64,000 bases of DNA from Candidatus Saccharimonadia bacterium. Its GTDB lineage: Bacteria > Patescibacteriota > Saccharimonadia > Saccharimonadales > 2-12-FULL-41-12. The notes under the pieces were generated by a model. It saw only the letters and a program-made list of their open reading frames with translations. It had not been told where the DNA came from and ran no database searches. Shown here piece after piece: positions 9,292 to 18,004 of the stretch (its first letter is position 1; the number at the start of each line of letters is the position of its first letter). Position numbers and translations under genes: made by a program. The stretch lies in NCBI GenBank assembly GCA_963717365.1, contig OY970327.1, positions 11,599-75,598 on the forward strand. The letters are read 5' to 3'.

Positions 9292-9758
9292 TGACCAATA
9301 TGCCTACTATTTCTGCAATCACTGAGCTAAAATCTTACGAAATAAGTTTATTAATTAATCGTGGCCAGCGAGCTTTTAACGAGTTGCTAAAAACGTGCCT
9401 GGGACATAATGGGCTGACTGTTTCCGAGTGGACCTTGCTCGGTCAGCTTACTAATTCTGGCGATATGCGTCCAAATGAGCTTGCCGATTTCCTGGGTGTG
9501 CGGCCGCCATTTATTACGACGTTGCAAATTTCGCTGACAAAGAAGGGATTTATCGAATCTGTTCCTGTTCCCGACGATGAACGCAGTAAACAAATTCGGC
9601 TAACAGGCCAGGGCAGTATGAAGGTCGCTGTCGTTGAGAAAAAAATAGAAGTTTGTATCAATGAGCAACTTAGTTCATTGGAGTCTAGCGATCTTAACAC
9701 TTATTTTGCAGTCTGCGATTATATGATGAAAAACGTTCGTCACACACCGATTAAGTAA
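9288..9758 (+). CDS. MarR family transcriptional regulator
   Basis: 156 aa. LTVSEWTLLGQLTNSGDMRPNELADFLGVRPPFITTLQISLTKKGFIESVPVPDDERSKQIRLT is a MarR winged helix. Confidence 0.75.
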   Translation: MMTNMPTISAITELKSYEISLLINRGQRAFNELLKTCLGHNGLTVSEWTLLGQLTNSGDMRPNELADFLGVRPPFITTLQISLTKKGFIESVPVPDDERSKQIRLTGQGSMKVAVVEKKIEVCINEQLSSLESSDLNTYFAVCDYMMKNVRHTPIK

Positions 9759-9835
9759 GATAATTACCTCTGATAAGTACAATTGCGCTCTACCTCTTAA
9801 CACCTTAAACTATATTTATAAGATAAGGAGACTCC

Positions 9836-10471
9836 ATGTTTAAGAAAATTTCAATAATTACAGCAGTTATGGCCTTCGCAGTCATCGCCTTTCCGGTCAG
9901 TGCTCTGGCGCACGTGGTGGTCCAACCAAATCAAGTCGGCGTAGCTGCCCGCCAAACTTTTAATGTGTCAGTTCCAAACGAAAGTGAAACAGCCGAAGTA
10001 GTTGGCGTTCGCTTGGTAATTCCGGAAGGCCTTGAATCCGCCCGGCCAAACGCTAAACCAGGTTGGACCGTTAATCTTAAAAAAGAAGGTATCGGTGAGG
10101 AAGCCAAAGTAACTGAAATCATCTGGACTAGCGCCGGCGGTACAGTCCCAGTCAGTTTACGCGATGATTTCTTCTTTGGCGCCAAAGCCCCCGCAGCTGA
10201 AGCCGAACTGCAGTGGAAGGCCTACGAAACCTATTCTGACGGCACTATCGTTGCTTGGGACCAAGCTCCCAAAGAAGGTGATGAAGCCGTTAAGCCATAC
10301 TCGGTAACCAAAGTAGTAAATGATCTTGGCAAAGATACCAGCGCAACTGTCGTTTCAACCAATAATAACGACGACGCCAAAGACCGTGCCAACACCGCGC
10401 TTGTCCTCGGCGGTTTGGGCTTGTTAGTTGCCCTTTTGTCGTATGCTCGACCTAAACTAGCTAAAAAATAA
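9836..10471 (+). CDS. ycnI: YcnI-family (DUF1775) copper-binding protein
   Basis: 211 aa. The signal ends ALA|HVVVQPNQ, followed by FNVSVPNES, PGWTV, IIWTS and WDQ motifs typical of YcnI. It has a C-terminal TM. Confidence 0.82.
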   Translation: MFKKISIITAVMAFAVIAFPVSALAHVVVQPNQVGVAARQTFNVSVPNESETAEVVGVRLVIPEGLESARPNAKPGWTVNLKKEGIGEEAKVTEIIWTSAGGTVPVSLRDDFFFGAKAPAAEAELQWKAYETYSDGTIVAWDQAPKEGDEAVKPYSVTKVVNDLGKDTSATVVSTNNNDDAKDRANTALVLGGLGLLVALLSYARPKLAKK

Positions 10472-10501
10472 CATTCTACACACTTTCGCTAAAAGTAACG
10501 T

Positions 10502-11149
10502 TTAGTGCAGCCCGAGCCAAAAATCGTTTACATCAGCGTCCGATGCTTTGTTGAGTAAAGTCAAAAACTCTGCCGCAGGCACTTCAACATACTCGTGCTT
10601 CTTATCCCCATCTTCTAAGAAGAATCGGGTTCCCTCAGGCGAATGCACCACAATTACGCAATCTATCTTCATATTGCTATAGGCAGGCAAGATACGGTCC
10701 ATGTAACTTGTGTCGTGGATATATTTGTGGCCAAGTGCTTTGACCCAGGCTTGAGTCGTGTCATGCTTTTCTATCACTTTGTTAACGTCATCCCGGCCAA
10801 TAACATCGAGTACTGCGTGGTATTCAATCACAGCACCTTCACGACAATATTTTCTATATTCCGATTGACTTGCAGGGTAAAAGTAGTACCCATCTCCACC
10901 TAACTGACCAACTTTTGCTTCCACCCATTCCCCATGTATTTTTTTAGAGCAATCATAATAGACTTCATTAAGTAAAAAACTATCTTCCAATGTACTTGTT
11001 GGCTTGTCACCTCTTTGTTGTTTTGGAACTCGCCTTGGTTCTGTGTCTTGCAACTTCCACGCAATAACACTGCCAATTCCAATCGCCACAACGAGCAAGG
11101 CAACTATAAAAAAGCTGAGCCTGACTTTTTTATTAATTTTCATGCCCAT
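10502..11149 (-). CDS. membrane-anchored hypothetical protein
   Basis: 215 aa with one N-terminal TM (LSFFIVALLVVAIGIGSVIAW). No motif recognised. Confidence 0.55.
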   Translation of the reverse strand: MGMKINKKVRLSFFIVALLVVAIGIGSVIAWKLQDTEPRRVPKQQRGDKPTSTLEDSFLLNEVYYDCSKKIHGEWVEAKVGQLGGDGYYFYPASQSEYRKYCREGAVIEYHAVLDVIGRDDVNKVIEKHDTTQAWVKALGHKYIHDTSYMDRILPAYSNMKIDCVIVVHSPEGTRFFLEDGDKKHEYVEVPAAEFLTLLNKASDADVNDFWLGLH

Positions 11150-11332
11150 AACTATAGCAGACCCTTTTTAATGATTACTGCTTTCCAGTCTTTTAACATT
11201 TTCAGTTCGCCCTTTTGCTACAGCGGCTCACTATCAATCAGTAGCCCGTCCATATCAAAAATTACAGCTTCAATCATGCGCACAGTATAACAAACAGATG
11301 TCAACTAACGTTTATGTTATGGCGCGTATATC

Positions 11333-11980
11333 CTATTTGAAAACACCCTTCACATACAGCGTGTCAATAAGATCGTTTAGGTCAGGATTCGCTTCAGATA
11401 CTTTAGATCGTATTTCTTCATCAGATAAAGACCCGGCAGAGTTTTTGCGATGGCTTGCATCATAGAAATCCGATAACGCAAGAACGCGGCCTAGTACGGG
11501 GATAAGTTCAATTATACGTTCTGGAAGTTGCGCATCTGGAGCAGGAATTTCAGAAGGATATCCATTCGGTTGAAACGTGTGATGCAAAATCACTGCTCCG
11601 GCAGTAACTACCATTCCTTGCTGAAGCAGGGCTTCGTAACTGTCAAACGGATGAGGTCTAAGGATTTTTGCATCCTCTTCTGTCCAACCGGATGTCTTAC
11701 TCAGTAGTGCGCTCGGGGTCTTTAACTTACCTATGTCATGCATGGTACCCGCGTAAAACAAACCTCTGGGTGAAAATACCTCTAGCTCTTCCACAAACTT
11801 ACCTATTTTTGGGGCTAGCATACCTACTCTCATTGAATGTTCATAGGTACCAACGTGATGAATTTGCATATCACCAAGAAAAGTTTCCATATTATCAAGA
11901 TACAATTGTGGCACTGCCAGGCTCTCAGCTTCTGCTAACCATAAATCATGAAGATCAAATTGTTCTATCGAATTGGGCAT
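11333..11980 (-). CDS. HD-domain (HD-GYP-like) phosphohydrolase
   Basis: 215 aa with HSMRVG, GTMHDIGKL and ILHHTFQPNGYP motifs. Confidence 0.8.
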   Translation of the reverse strand: MPNSIEQFDLHDLWLAEAESLAVPQLYLDNMETFLGDMQIHHVGTYEHSMRVGMLAPKIGKFVEELEVFSPRGLFYAGTMHDIGKLKTPSALLSKTSGWTEEDAKILRPHPFDSYEALLQQGMVVTAGAVILHHTFQPNGYPSEIPAPDAQLPERIIELIPVLGRVLALSDFYDASHRKNSAGSLSDEEIRSKVSEANPDLNDLIDTLYVKGVFK

Positions 11981-12120
11981 AACTATGTTCTATAATACAT
12001 GATAGAAAAAGTCAATATCCGTAAATCTTTTCAATCTAAGTTAGAACTGAACGGATGATACATGGCTTATACTTAAGCGTATGAAAACTGACCTAAAAAC
12101 GATTCAAAGAAGCAATTTCT

Positions 12121-12348
12121 ATGTTTCCAAAAGACGCAAGTGTGTTAGCAAGACTTGATGCTGCCAAAGTACCATATGCAGTTGGTGGAAGTGTTGCGCT
12201 CTATGCTCAGGGGAATAGTCGACTGCCGCATGACGTTGATATTATATTTATAAACAAAGCCCATGACGCTGCAAATTCTGTGTTTGACCTAACTTCGGAG
12301 AAAATAGAGCGGTCGAATGTAAGTCTGCACAAGTCATCGCCCTCCTGA
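12121..12348 (+). CDS. short nucleotidyltransferase-like fragment (possibly truncated)
   Basis: 75 aa. YAVGGSVALYAQGNSRLPHDVDIIF resembles the G[GS]-x9-13-DxD NTase core. It is much shorter than normal family members. Confidence 0.3.
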   Translation: MFPKDASVLARLDAAKVPYAVGGSVALYAQGNSRLPHDVDIIFINKAHDAANSVFDLTSEKIERSNVSLHKSSPS

Positions 12349-12371
12349 GTCATTACACGGTAAAAATATGT

Positions 12372-12746
12372 CTATCTAATTGTTAGTTCAACCTGACGGA
12401 CGCGCGGACCGTCAAACTCCACAACAACTAGGCGTTGCCAACTTCCCAGTAATAGTTTGCCATCCTGGAATGGTACTGTTTCGTCTGGACCTATTATCGA
12501 AGCCCATAAATGATCTGGGAAGTGATCCGGATCATGCGGATGCTGCCAGTCTTTGCCCGGAGTCATCGCTTTAAACGCATCCAAAAAGTCTTGGTCGGTT
12601 CCGGGATCAAGGTCGGCGAGCATGATGGCAGCAGTTGTGTGCTTAATAAAAATATGCGCTAACCCGTCATCTTTGAGCATAGTCTCAACTTGGCCGGTGA
12701 TATCGACTATTTGTCGCTTCTGCTTGGTAGAGATCGTAATATTCAT
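12372..12746 (-). CDS. YjbQ/UPF0047 family protein (secondary thiamine-phosphate synthase family)
   Basis: 124 aa. Contains FIKHTTAAIMLADLDPG, HFPDHLWASIIGP and LLLGSWQRLVVVEFDGPR. Confidence 0.88.
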   Translation of the reverse strand: MNITISTKQKRQIVDITGQVETMLKDDGLAHIFIKHTTAAIMLADLDPGTDQDFLDAFKAMTPGKDWQHPHDPDHFPDHLWASIIGPDETVPFQDGKLLLGSWQRLVVVEFDGPRVRQVELTIR

Positions 12747-12805
12747 AAGAGATAAACTTTATTAAATACTCGAGCTTAATAATTCGTTAATATCTATATG
12801 CTATA

Positions 12806-13149
12806 TTGTTTTGCATGCCTTGGAAAGATATCGAGAAACAACGAGCAGCAATCAGGCGTCACTACTATGCCAATCGACAAGTTTATATCGATAAGGCTGT
12901 AGTACGTAAGAAAAAGTTGTGTCAATGGATAGGGGCTATTAAAGAATCTGTACCTTGCAAAGATTGTAATAAACACTATCCTTACTACGTGATGGATTTT
13001 GATCATACTGGCATAAAGCAAAAAATATCGCGCGGCTTATTAATAGCAGTAGCAGTATTAAGTTGCTCAAAGCTGAAATGGCTCAATGTGAAATCGTCTG
13101 TTCAAACTGCCATAGAATGCGTACCCACAAGCGGCTGAACCGAATATAG
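12806..13149 (+). pseudogene. HNH endonuclease interrupted by a frameshift in an A6 run
   Basis: Frame 1 reads ...VPCKDCNKHYPYYVMDFDHTGIKQK up to the A-run at 13020-13025. The -1 frame continues NIARLINSSSSIKLLKAEMAQCEIVCSNCHRMRTHKRLNRI* and stops at 13147-13149. Joined, the two frames give the CxxC...DHxx...CxxCH HNH layout. Confidence 0.65.
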
Positions 13150-13166
13150 TTTATAATGTATCGAAT

Positions 13167-13243
13167 GCCCGCGTAGCTCAGCTGGATAGAGCACTGGTCT
13201 TCGGAACCAGGTGTCGCACGTTCGAATCGTGCCGCGGGCACCA
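13167..13243 (+). tRNA. tRNA-Arg (anticodon TCG), CCA encoded
   Basis: Manual cloverleaf: acceptor gcccgcg/cgcgggc, D arm gctc-agctggata-gagc, anticodon arm ctggt-cTTCGga-accag, T arm gcacg-ttcgaat-cgtgc, discriminator A, CCA. Confidence 0.92.
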
Positions 13244-13258
13244 TATGTAACAAAACAA

Positions 13259-13307
13259 GGACCAGTAGCTTAGCTGGCGCAGTTTACTGCCAAATAGTAA
13301 ACTGCGC
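13259..13307 (+). other. tRNA-Lys 5'-end-like fragment followed by a perfect 12-bp hairpin
   Basis: 13259-13277 ggaccagtagcttagctgg matches the first 19 nt of the downstream tRNA-Lys at 17/19 positions. Then gcgcagtttact (13277-13288), loop gccaaat, and agtaaactgcgc (13296-13307). No complete cloverleaf can be drawn. Confidence 0.35.
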
Positions 13308-13345
13308 TCTCACCAGCTGATTAAAAAACCTAGTTAAAACCGTAA

Positions 13346-13422
13346 GGGCCAGTAGCTCAGCTGGTTAGAGCACCTGCCTCTTAAGCAGGGTGTCGAGGGT
13401 TCGAGTCCCTCCTGGCCCTCCA
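13346..13422 (+). tRNA. tRNA-Lys (anticodon CTT), CCA encoded
   Basis: Acceptor gggccag/ctggccc, anticodon arm cctgc-cTCTTaa-gcagg, T arm gaggg-ttcgagt-ccctc, discriminator T, CCA. Confidence 0.92.
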
Positions 13423-13432
13423 GTACATTTTA

Positions 13433-13957
13433 TTGTATAACTTATATATGTCTCATTCACAATATCTAAGTCCGAAGGAGTTTAGATTCGCCAGCCCGGT
13501 AGCCTTCTCGCTATATGGGAAAGAAGCTGAAAGTGGCTTTGTAATTGGGCAAGTGCAAAAGGGGCCCCTTGACGGATATTTACACGTGGTACGATATTTT
13601 GAAAGACCCGGAATATGCCGGCCTGCTCCCCCACTCCTATTACCGGCATATGACTTATTCACTGAGCCCCAGGTTCTAGCAATAGCCAGGGATGAAGCAG
13701 TCGTACCAGCTACGGTTAGTTTAACCGGAATAACGCATCTATTACGCATTAAGAAAGACCGTGACTTTGCGGCAAGTTTAGGGCCGCATCTCCATAGAAT
13801 CAGGAACGAGCGACACGAGGAAGCAAACAATTATGGACTCGGCGGAGTACACAATCCACCAACATACACATCAGGTATAGGCAAAAGAAAACATTCACTG
13901 TCTAGACGACATTACCTCGTAGCTTATAGACAATCCCAGATGATGGCCGAAGGTTGA
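13433..13957 (+). CDS. hypothetical protein
   Basis: 174-aa ORF directly after tRNA-Lys. No motif recognised and the start is uncertain (TTG 13433 or ATG 13448). Confidence 0.4.
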   Translation: MYNLYMSHSQYLSPKEFRFASPVAFSLYGKEAESGFVIGQVQKGPLDGYLHVVRYFERPGICRPAPPLLLPAYDLFTEPQVLAIARDEAVVPATVSLTGITHLLRIKKDRDFAASLGPHLHRIRNERHEEANNYGLGGVHNPPTYTSGIGKRKHSLSRRHYLVAYRQSQMMAEG

Positions 13958-14047
13958 GCAACAAATTTGGTTGCAACTGCATGATAGATAGTCCTACAAT
14001 CATAAGAACCATCAAAGAATTCTCGGTAATCTTCTACTTTTGCTACT

Positions 14048-14563
14048 ATGGAATTGATGAAACTACAAGTGAAACCATTAACAACCACGCTTGGTAAAAT
14101 CTCACTAGCATTAGTAGCTTTGGCTATTGTGACATGGCTTTTCCTTAGTAATGCCGAGAGGTGCCTTGATAGAGACTTCGTTTTACCGCCTTATTCTCCC
14201 GCGGTATGCTACAAGATAACTAACGATTATGAGTCTACGATTCGGGCAAGTCAGCTTATCTTGTTAATCCTGATAGTGTTAACCGTAATTTGTTGTACCG
14301 CGTTTATAAGTCTGAAAATGATCCGTCTCAATAAAAGTACAATGGCCAAGCACATAAAGACTACCTTGCTGCTAACGGCTTTAAGTATTTTTTTGTTTGC
14401 TTTTATAGTCATTGTTTTTACGGCAGATGCGCTAACTACTTTCAACAATAACAACTATGCTTTAAATACTACAGTGCGTTGGACGTTCATTGCGGGTATC
14501 CCGTTACTTCTAGCCAGTACTACAGCGGCTGTTACCTATCGGCTGACTCGCAAAAAACTATAA
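14048..14563 (+). CDS. integral membrane protein, function unknown
   Basis: 171 aa with 4 hydrophobic helices. The coding sequence is AT-rich. Confidence 0.55.
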   Translation: MELMKLQVKPLTTTLGKISLALVALAIVTWLFLSNAERCLDRDFVLPPYSPAVCYKITNDYESTIRASQLILLILIVLTVICCTAFISLKMIRLNKSTMAKHIKTTLLLTALSIFLFAFIVIVFTADALTTFNNNNYALNTTVRWTFIAGIPLLLASTTAAVTYRLTRKKL

Positions 14564-14658
14564 TTCAACTACGATAGTGTCTATAATAGCTCTAAAAATT
14601 GATTTCCGAAGACACTTTTACGCTTGTTAATAAAAATATAAATTCTAAACTACAATAC

Positions 14659-15063
14659 ATGAGAAAAAGTATTACGCAGGAGCAGGGTTATGGATGCGGC
14701 ATCTCTTGCTTTGCATTTGCGTGCGATATTTCATATCAAGAAGCGGCCAAATTCCTAGGCAAACCCCAAGCTAAAAGTAACCGTTTTATAGTGAAAGATT
14801 TTGTGCGTGAGTTAAATCGTTATGGTAAATCATACAAGGGACTGCACATAAAACTGGATCAAAAGATAGATTACAAAGAAGGAATGATTATTTTAATTAG
14901 AAGATCAAAACGTTACCCAGTAGGACACTATTTAATTCGACATAATAATTACTGGATGGACCCTTGGATTAATATGCATCAAGATAAAAATTTCGCTCAT
15001 GCCAGATCAGGGTTTAGAAAACGTTTACCAGGAAAGCCGATGTATGCACTCTGTCAGTCTTAA
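14659..15063 (+). CDS. putative papain-like/C39-like cysteine peptidase
   Basis: QGYGCGISCFAFA (a Cys at a helix N-terminus) and a later GHYLIRHNNYWMDPW (His) resemble the Cys/His order of C39-like peptidases. The start is set at the ATG at 14659. Confidence 0.4.
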   Translation: MRKSITQEQGYGCGISCFAFACDISYQEAAKFLGKPQAKSNRFIVKDFVRELNRYGKSYKGLHIKLDQKIDYKEGMIILIRRSKRYPVGHYLIRHNNYWMDPWINMHQDKNFAHARSGFRKRLPGKPMYALCQS

Positions 15064-15152
15064 TCTAGTTGCAAATACGGATGAGAGTTTATGCTATTGC
15101 TTGCTTGATTAATACAAAATTGAGATATTGGAAGAAGTAACTCAAGTACTCC

Positions 15153-15545
15153 ATGGATAAAAGAACTAACCCCGAAACAAGAAAAGAATTACAAGATACA
15201 TTTCCGGTTACGCCAGAAACTTTTGTGTGTGCTCCTGAAGACGGGGCTAAAGTCGAAGAATTACAGGATGAATTTTTCTCAAGTATCGTAAACTTATTAG
15301 GATACACTACTCCCGAATCACGTGAGTGGTGCAATATCCGAAGCCGCGAACTTATTAGGGAAAACGAAACTCCCGTAGAAACAAACGCAACAAACGACAG
15401 AGTCACCGAGTTACAAATTCGAGAAAGAACCATTGCAACTGTTACCACTATCCGAACAGATTTAAATTTCGTTCAAGTATTGTTTGCGTCTCACTTAGAT
15501 CCAGAATTAAAACAGCAGCTTCAATTTAGGACTCCACAGTCATAG
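15153..15545 (+). CDS. acidic hypothetical protein
   Basis: 130-aa ORF. No motif recognised. Confidence 0.4.
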   Translation: MDKRTNPETRKELQDTFPVTPETFVCAPEDGAKVEELQDEFFSSIVNLLGYTTPESREWCNIRSRELIRENETPVETNATNDRVTELQIRERTIATVTTIRTDLNFVQVLFASHLDPELKQQLQFRTPQS

Positions 15546-15621
15546 TTGAGCTAGCATTCCTCCATACTCAAGTCCCAAAATAACGTAAAGATACAATTAG
15601 TAGTTGTGCTATATTGGGCTA

Positions 15622-16434
15622 ATGACTAGGACAGTGTTAATTACCGGCTCTTCCAGCGGCATTGGCAAGGCGGCCGTAGAAGCCTTCGCAGCCGCTGGCT
15701 GGCAAGTCGCGGCTACTTCAAGAAGCGGTGAAAAGAAACTGTTTGAAAAATGGTCCAACGTAAACGTCTACAAACTGGATGTTAATAACAAAAAAAGTAT
15801 TGAAGAGATATTTACGGCGGTTCTAAAAGATTTTAAAACTATTGACGTAGTAGTTAATAACGCTGGCTACAGTCTAGAGGGTGTTTTTGAAGCTATGGAC
15901 GACGAACAAATCCACCAGCAGTTTGAAACAAATGTTTTTGGACTGATGAACATAACCAGAGAAGCTATCAAGGTAATGCGTCCCGCAGGGAAGGGCACCA
16001 TTATACAGATTGCTTCTATGGGAGGCCGCTTGACGTTTCCGCTGTACAGCGCCTACCATGCGAGCAAGTGGGCGGTTGAAGGCTTTTCCGAATCGTTGAA
16101 TTACGAACTGGGCTTATTTGGAATCAAAGTAAAAATTATTGAACCGGGCGTGATTGGCACCGAATTTTACGGCCGCAGCCGCACGTTCGTGATGCCCCCA
16201 TCCGAACTTGGATATGACGAATTTGTCAGCACCGCCGAGAAAATTTCTAAGGGATCAGGTGCTAAAGGTAAATCGCCAGAGCTAGTTGCCCGGACTATTT
16301 TAAAAGCTGCCAATGATGAGAGCCGTAAACTACGTTATGTCGTTGGCGCCCCAGCACCTCTTTTGCTTGGCTTAAGAAAGCTATTACCTGAAAGAATTTT
16401 CTTCTGGCTAATCCGAAAAAATTACCACATGTAA
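15622..16434 (+). CDS. short-chain dehydrogenase/reductase (SDR)
   Basis: TGSSSGIGKA cofactor motif, NNAG, and the catalytic S...YHASK. Confidence 0.9.
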   Translation: MTRTVLITGSSSGIGKAAVEAFAAAGWQVAATSRSGEKKLFEKWSNVNVYKLDVNNKKSIEEIFTAVLKDFKTIDVVVNNAGYSLEGVFEAMDDEQIHQQFETNVFGLMNITREAIKVMRPAGKGTIIQIASMGGRLTFPLYSAYHASKWAVEGFSESLNYELGLFGIKVKIIEPGVIGTEFYGRSRTFVMPPSELGYDEFVSTAEKISKGSGAKGKSPELVARTILKAANDESRKLRYVVGAPAPLLLGLRKLLPERIFFWLIRKNYHM

Positions 16435-16520
16435 TATATTAGGATAAATAATCCAATGCCCGTGTAAGCAATTCAGGTTAGGCTGTCCTGGAATCCGTTT
16501 TGTTTTGATAGTATTACAGT

Positions 16521-17174
16521 ATGAAATCAGCATCTGTTACATCAATAGAATCACTAAATGGTAAACTGGCTTATGGAAAAAAGTGGGCCAACGGTAAAAA
16601 CTTTCCAGTAGACCATCTTCACGCCACTATCGCCGAGTCTCGTTGGGATCCTGAAAATATATTCGGAATATATCTCACCAATGAGTCATATGCCTGGATG
16701 GCACTGTGGATGGCAATTAGTAACCGCAGCACGCTCAGAAAAAGACAGATTGGCTATCAACGCCCCGACCAGAACGATGATCATATAGGCAGCGTAGAAA
16801 TATTCACCGAAATGGCTGCCACTGAGGTTGTGGGTGAAAAAGGCTATGTCTACCTGTTTGATCCCATTGTGTGTAGCGCTGGTCGGCAAATAGTGGATAT
16901 AACTGAGCTACCAAAAGATCAGAAAACTGCGTCTCTCATAAATAATGGTTTTGAATGGCAACAAATTGAACGGCGTGGCAGGGAAGTGTCGGGACTGATA
17001 GACCTTACCTTGGAACCGAGGGTAGTCTTAATTGACGCGTGGCAGCTCGCGCTTACTAATACAGTCAGCATTATCCCCGATGAGGAATTAATAATTGAAA
17101 AACCTGTCATAGAACAGTTAGTCGGCAGGATAGCGCTAACCCGGATTGAAATTGGCGAAGACTATATCCGCTAG
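16521..17174 (+). CDS. hypothetical protein
   Basis: 217-aa ORF. No motif recognised. Confidence 0.45.
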   Translation: MKSASVTSIESLNGKLAYGKKWANGKNFPVDHLHATIAESRWDPENIFGIYLTNESYAWMALWMAISNRSTLRKRQIGYQRPDQNDDHIGSVEIFTEMAATEVVGEKGYVYLFDPIVCSAGRQIVDITELPKDQKTASLINNGFEWQQIERRGREVSGLIDLTLEPRVVLIDAWQLALTNTVSIIPDEELIIEKPVIEQLVGRIALTRIEIGEDYIR

Positions 17175-17342
17175 CCTAACATAAATGTGCTAGTGTCAGG
17201 CCGTAGAACTGACAATATCTAAAGACACTAACATCTAAATGTGCAATGCGCTTAGGGAGTTATTGGGTAAAAGAAAATGATAGTATTGTATCAAATTAAC
17301 AATAGTTAATATGGTTATGTTTTTATGTGATATATTCATGGT

Positions 17343-17789
17343 ATGAAGACTAACAAAAATCCAGAATACTATGTTCCATCCAGCATACAGAAACTCTTTA
17401 TTGGAAGTACTATCTTTCTGTACACACTGCAATTTACATTTATGACTTTACAGGGCATTTCACAGTACCGGGAGAACCCATCTATAGGTGGATTTTATGG
17501 TTATTTTTTTGCAACAGAACTTATCCCGGTGCTATTATTTTTAGTCGCTTACGCGCTTAATCCACGCCCGTTAACGGTTATTCAACGTACGTTTGAAAGT
17601 GTCCTTATAGCGCTGTCCGGCGTAATATGCTGGACTCTAATGAACATAGTTACGCCTTTAATAGTGCTGAACGCGGGATCAGGCTACATAGAATCGTATG
17701 CCACCTACGAAATTATTGCGTCTTCAGCTCTGCTGGGTGTATATGGTCTGACACTAGTATGGTTACGCGCGTCCAAACGCTGGAAATAG
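17343..17789 (+). CDS. integral membrane protein, function unknown
   Basis: 148 aa with 4 hydrophobic helices. Confidence 0.5.
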   Translation: MKTNKNPEYYVPSSIQKLFIGSTIFLYTLQFTFMTLQGISQYRENPSIGGFYGYFFATELIPVLLFLVAYALNPRPLTVIQRTFESVLIALSGVICWTLMNIVTPLIVLNAGSGYIESYATYEIIASSALLGVYGLTLVWLRASKRWK

Positions 17790-18004
17790 CTAAAAACTAA
17801 GCGGTACTACCGGCATCACTCTTTAATCGCCAGTGAAGTTATTTATCTTTGCAGTAAAGCCCAGTCGTTTCGCGATACTTTTCATATTCAGACTCATTAA
17901 TTGCGCTCGGTCTATAGATTAAAGATCGCAGGCTGTTAAATATCTGCCAGTAATAATTAATACAACAGCATATACTTGTAATACAAACCAAAAGAAAGTT
18001 ATTC

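Noticed and set aside
13423-17789. Prophage or integrative element at tRNA-Lys
   Set aside because: No integrase, excisionase, phage structural gene or visible att duplication is present. It is retained only as an accessory-looking region.
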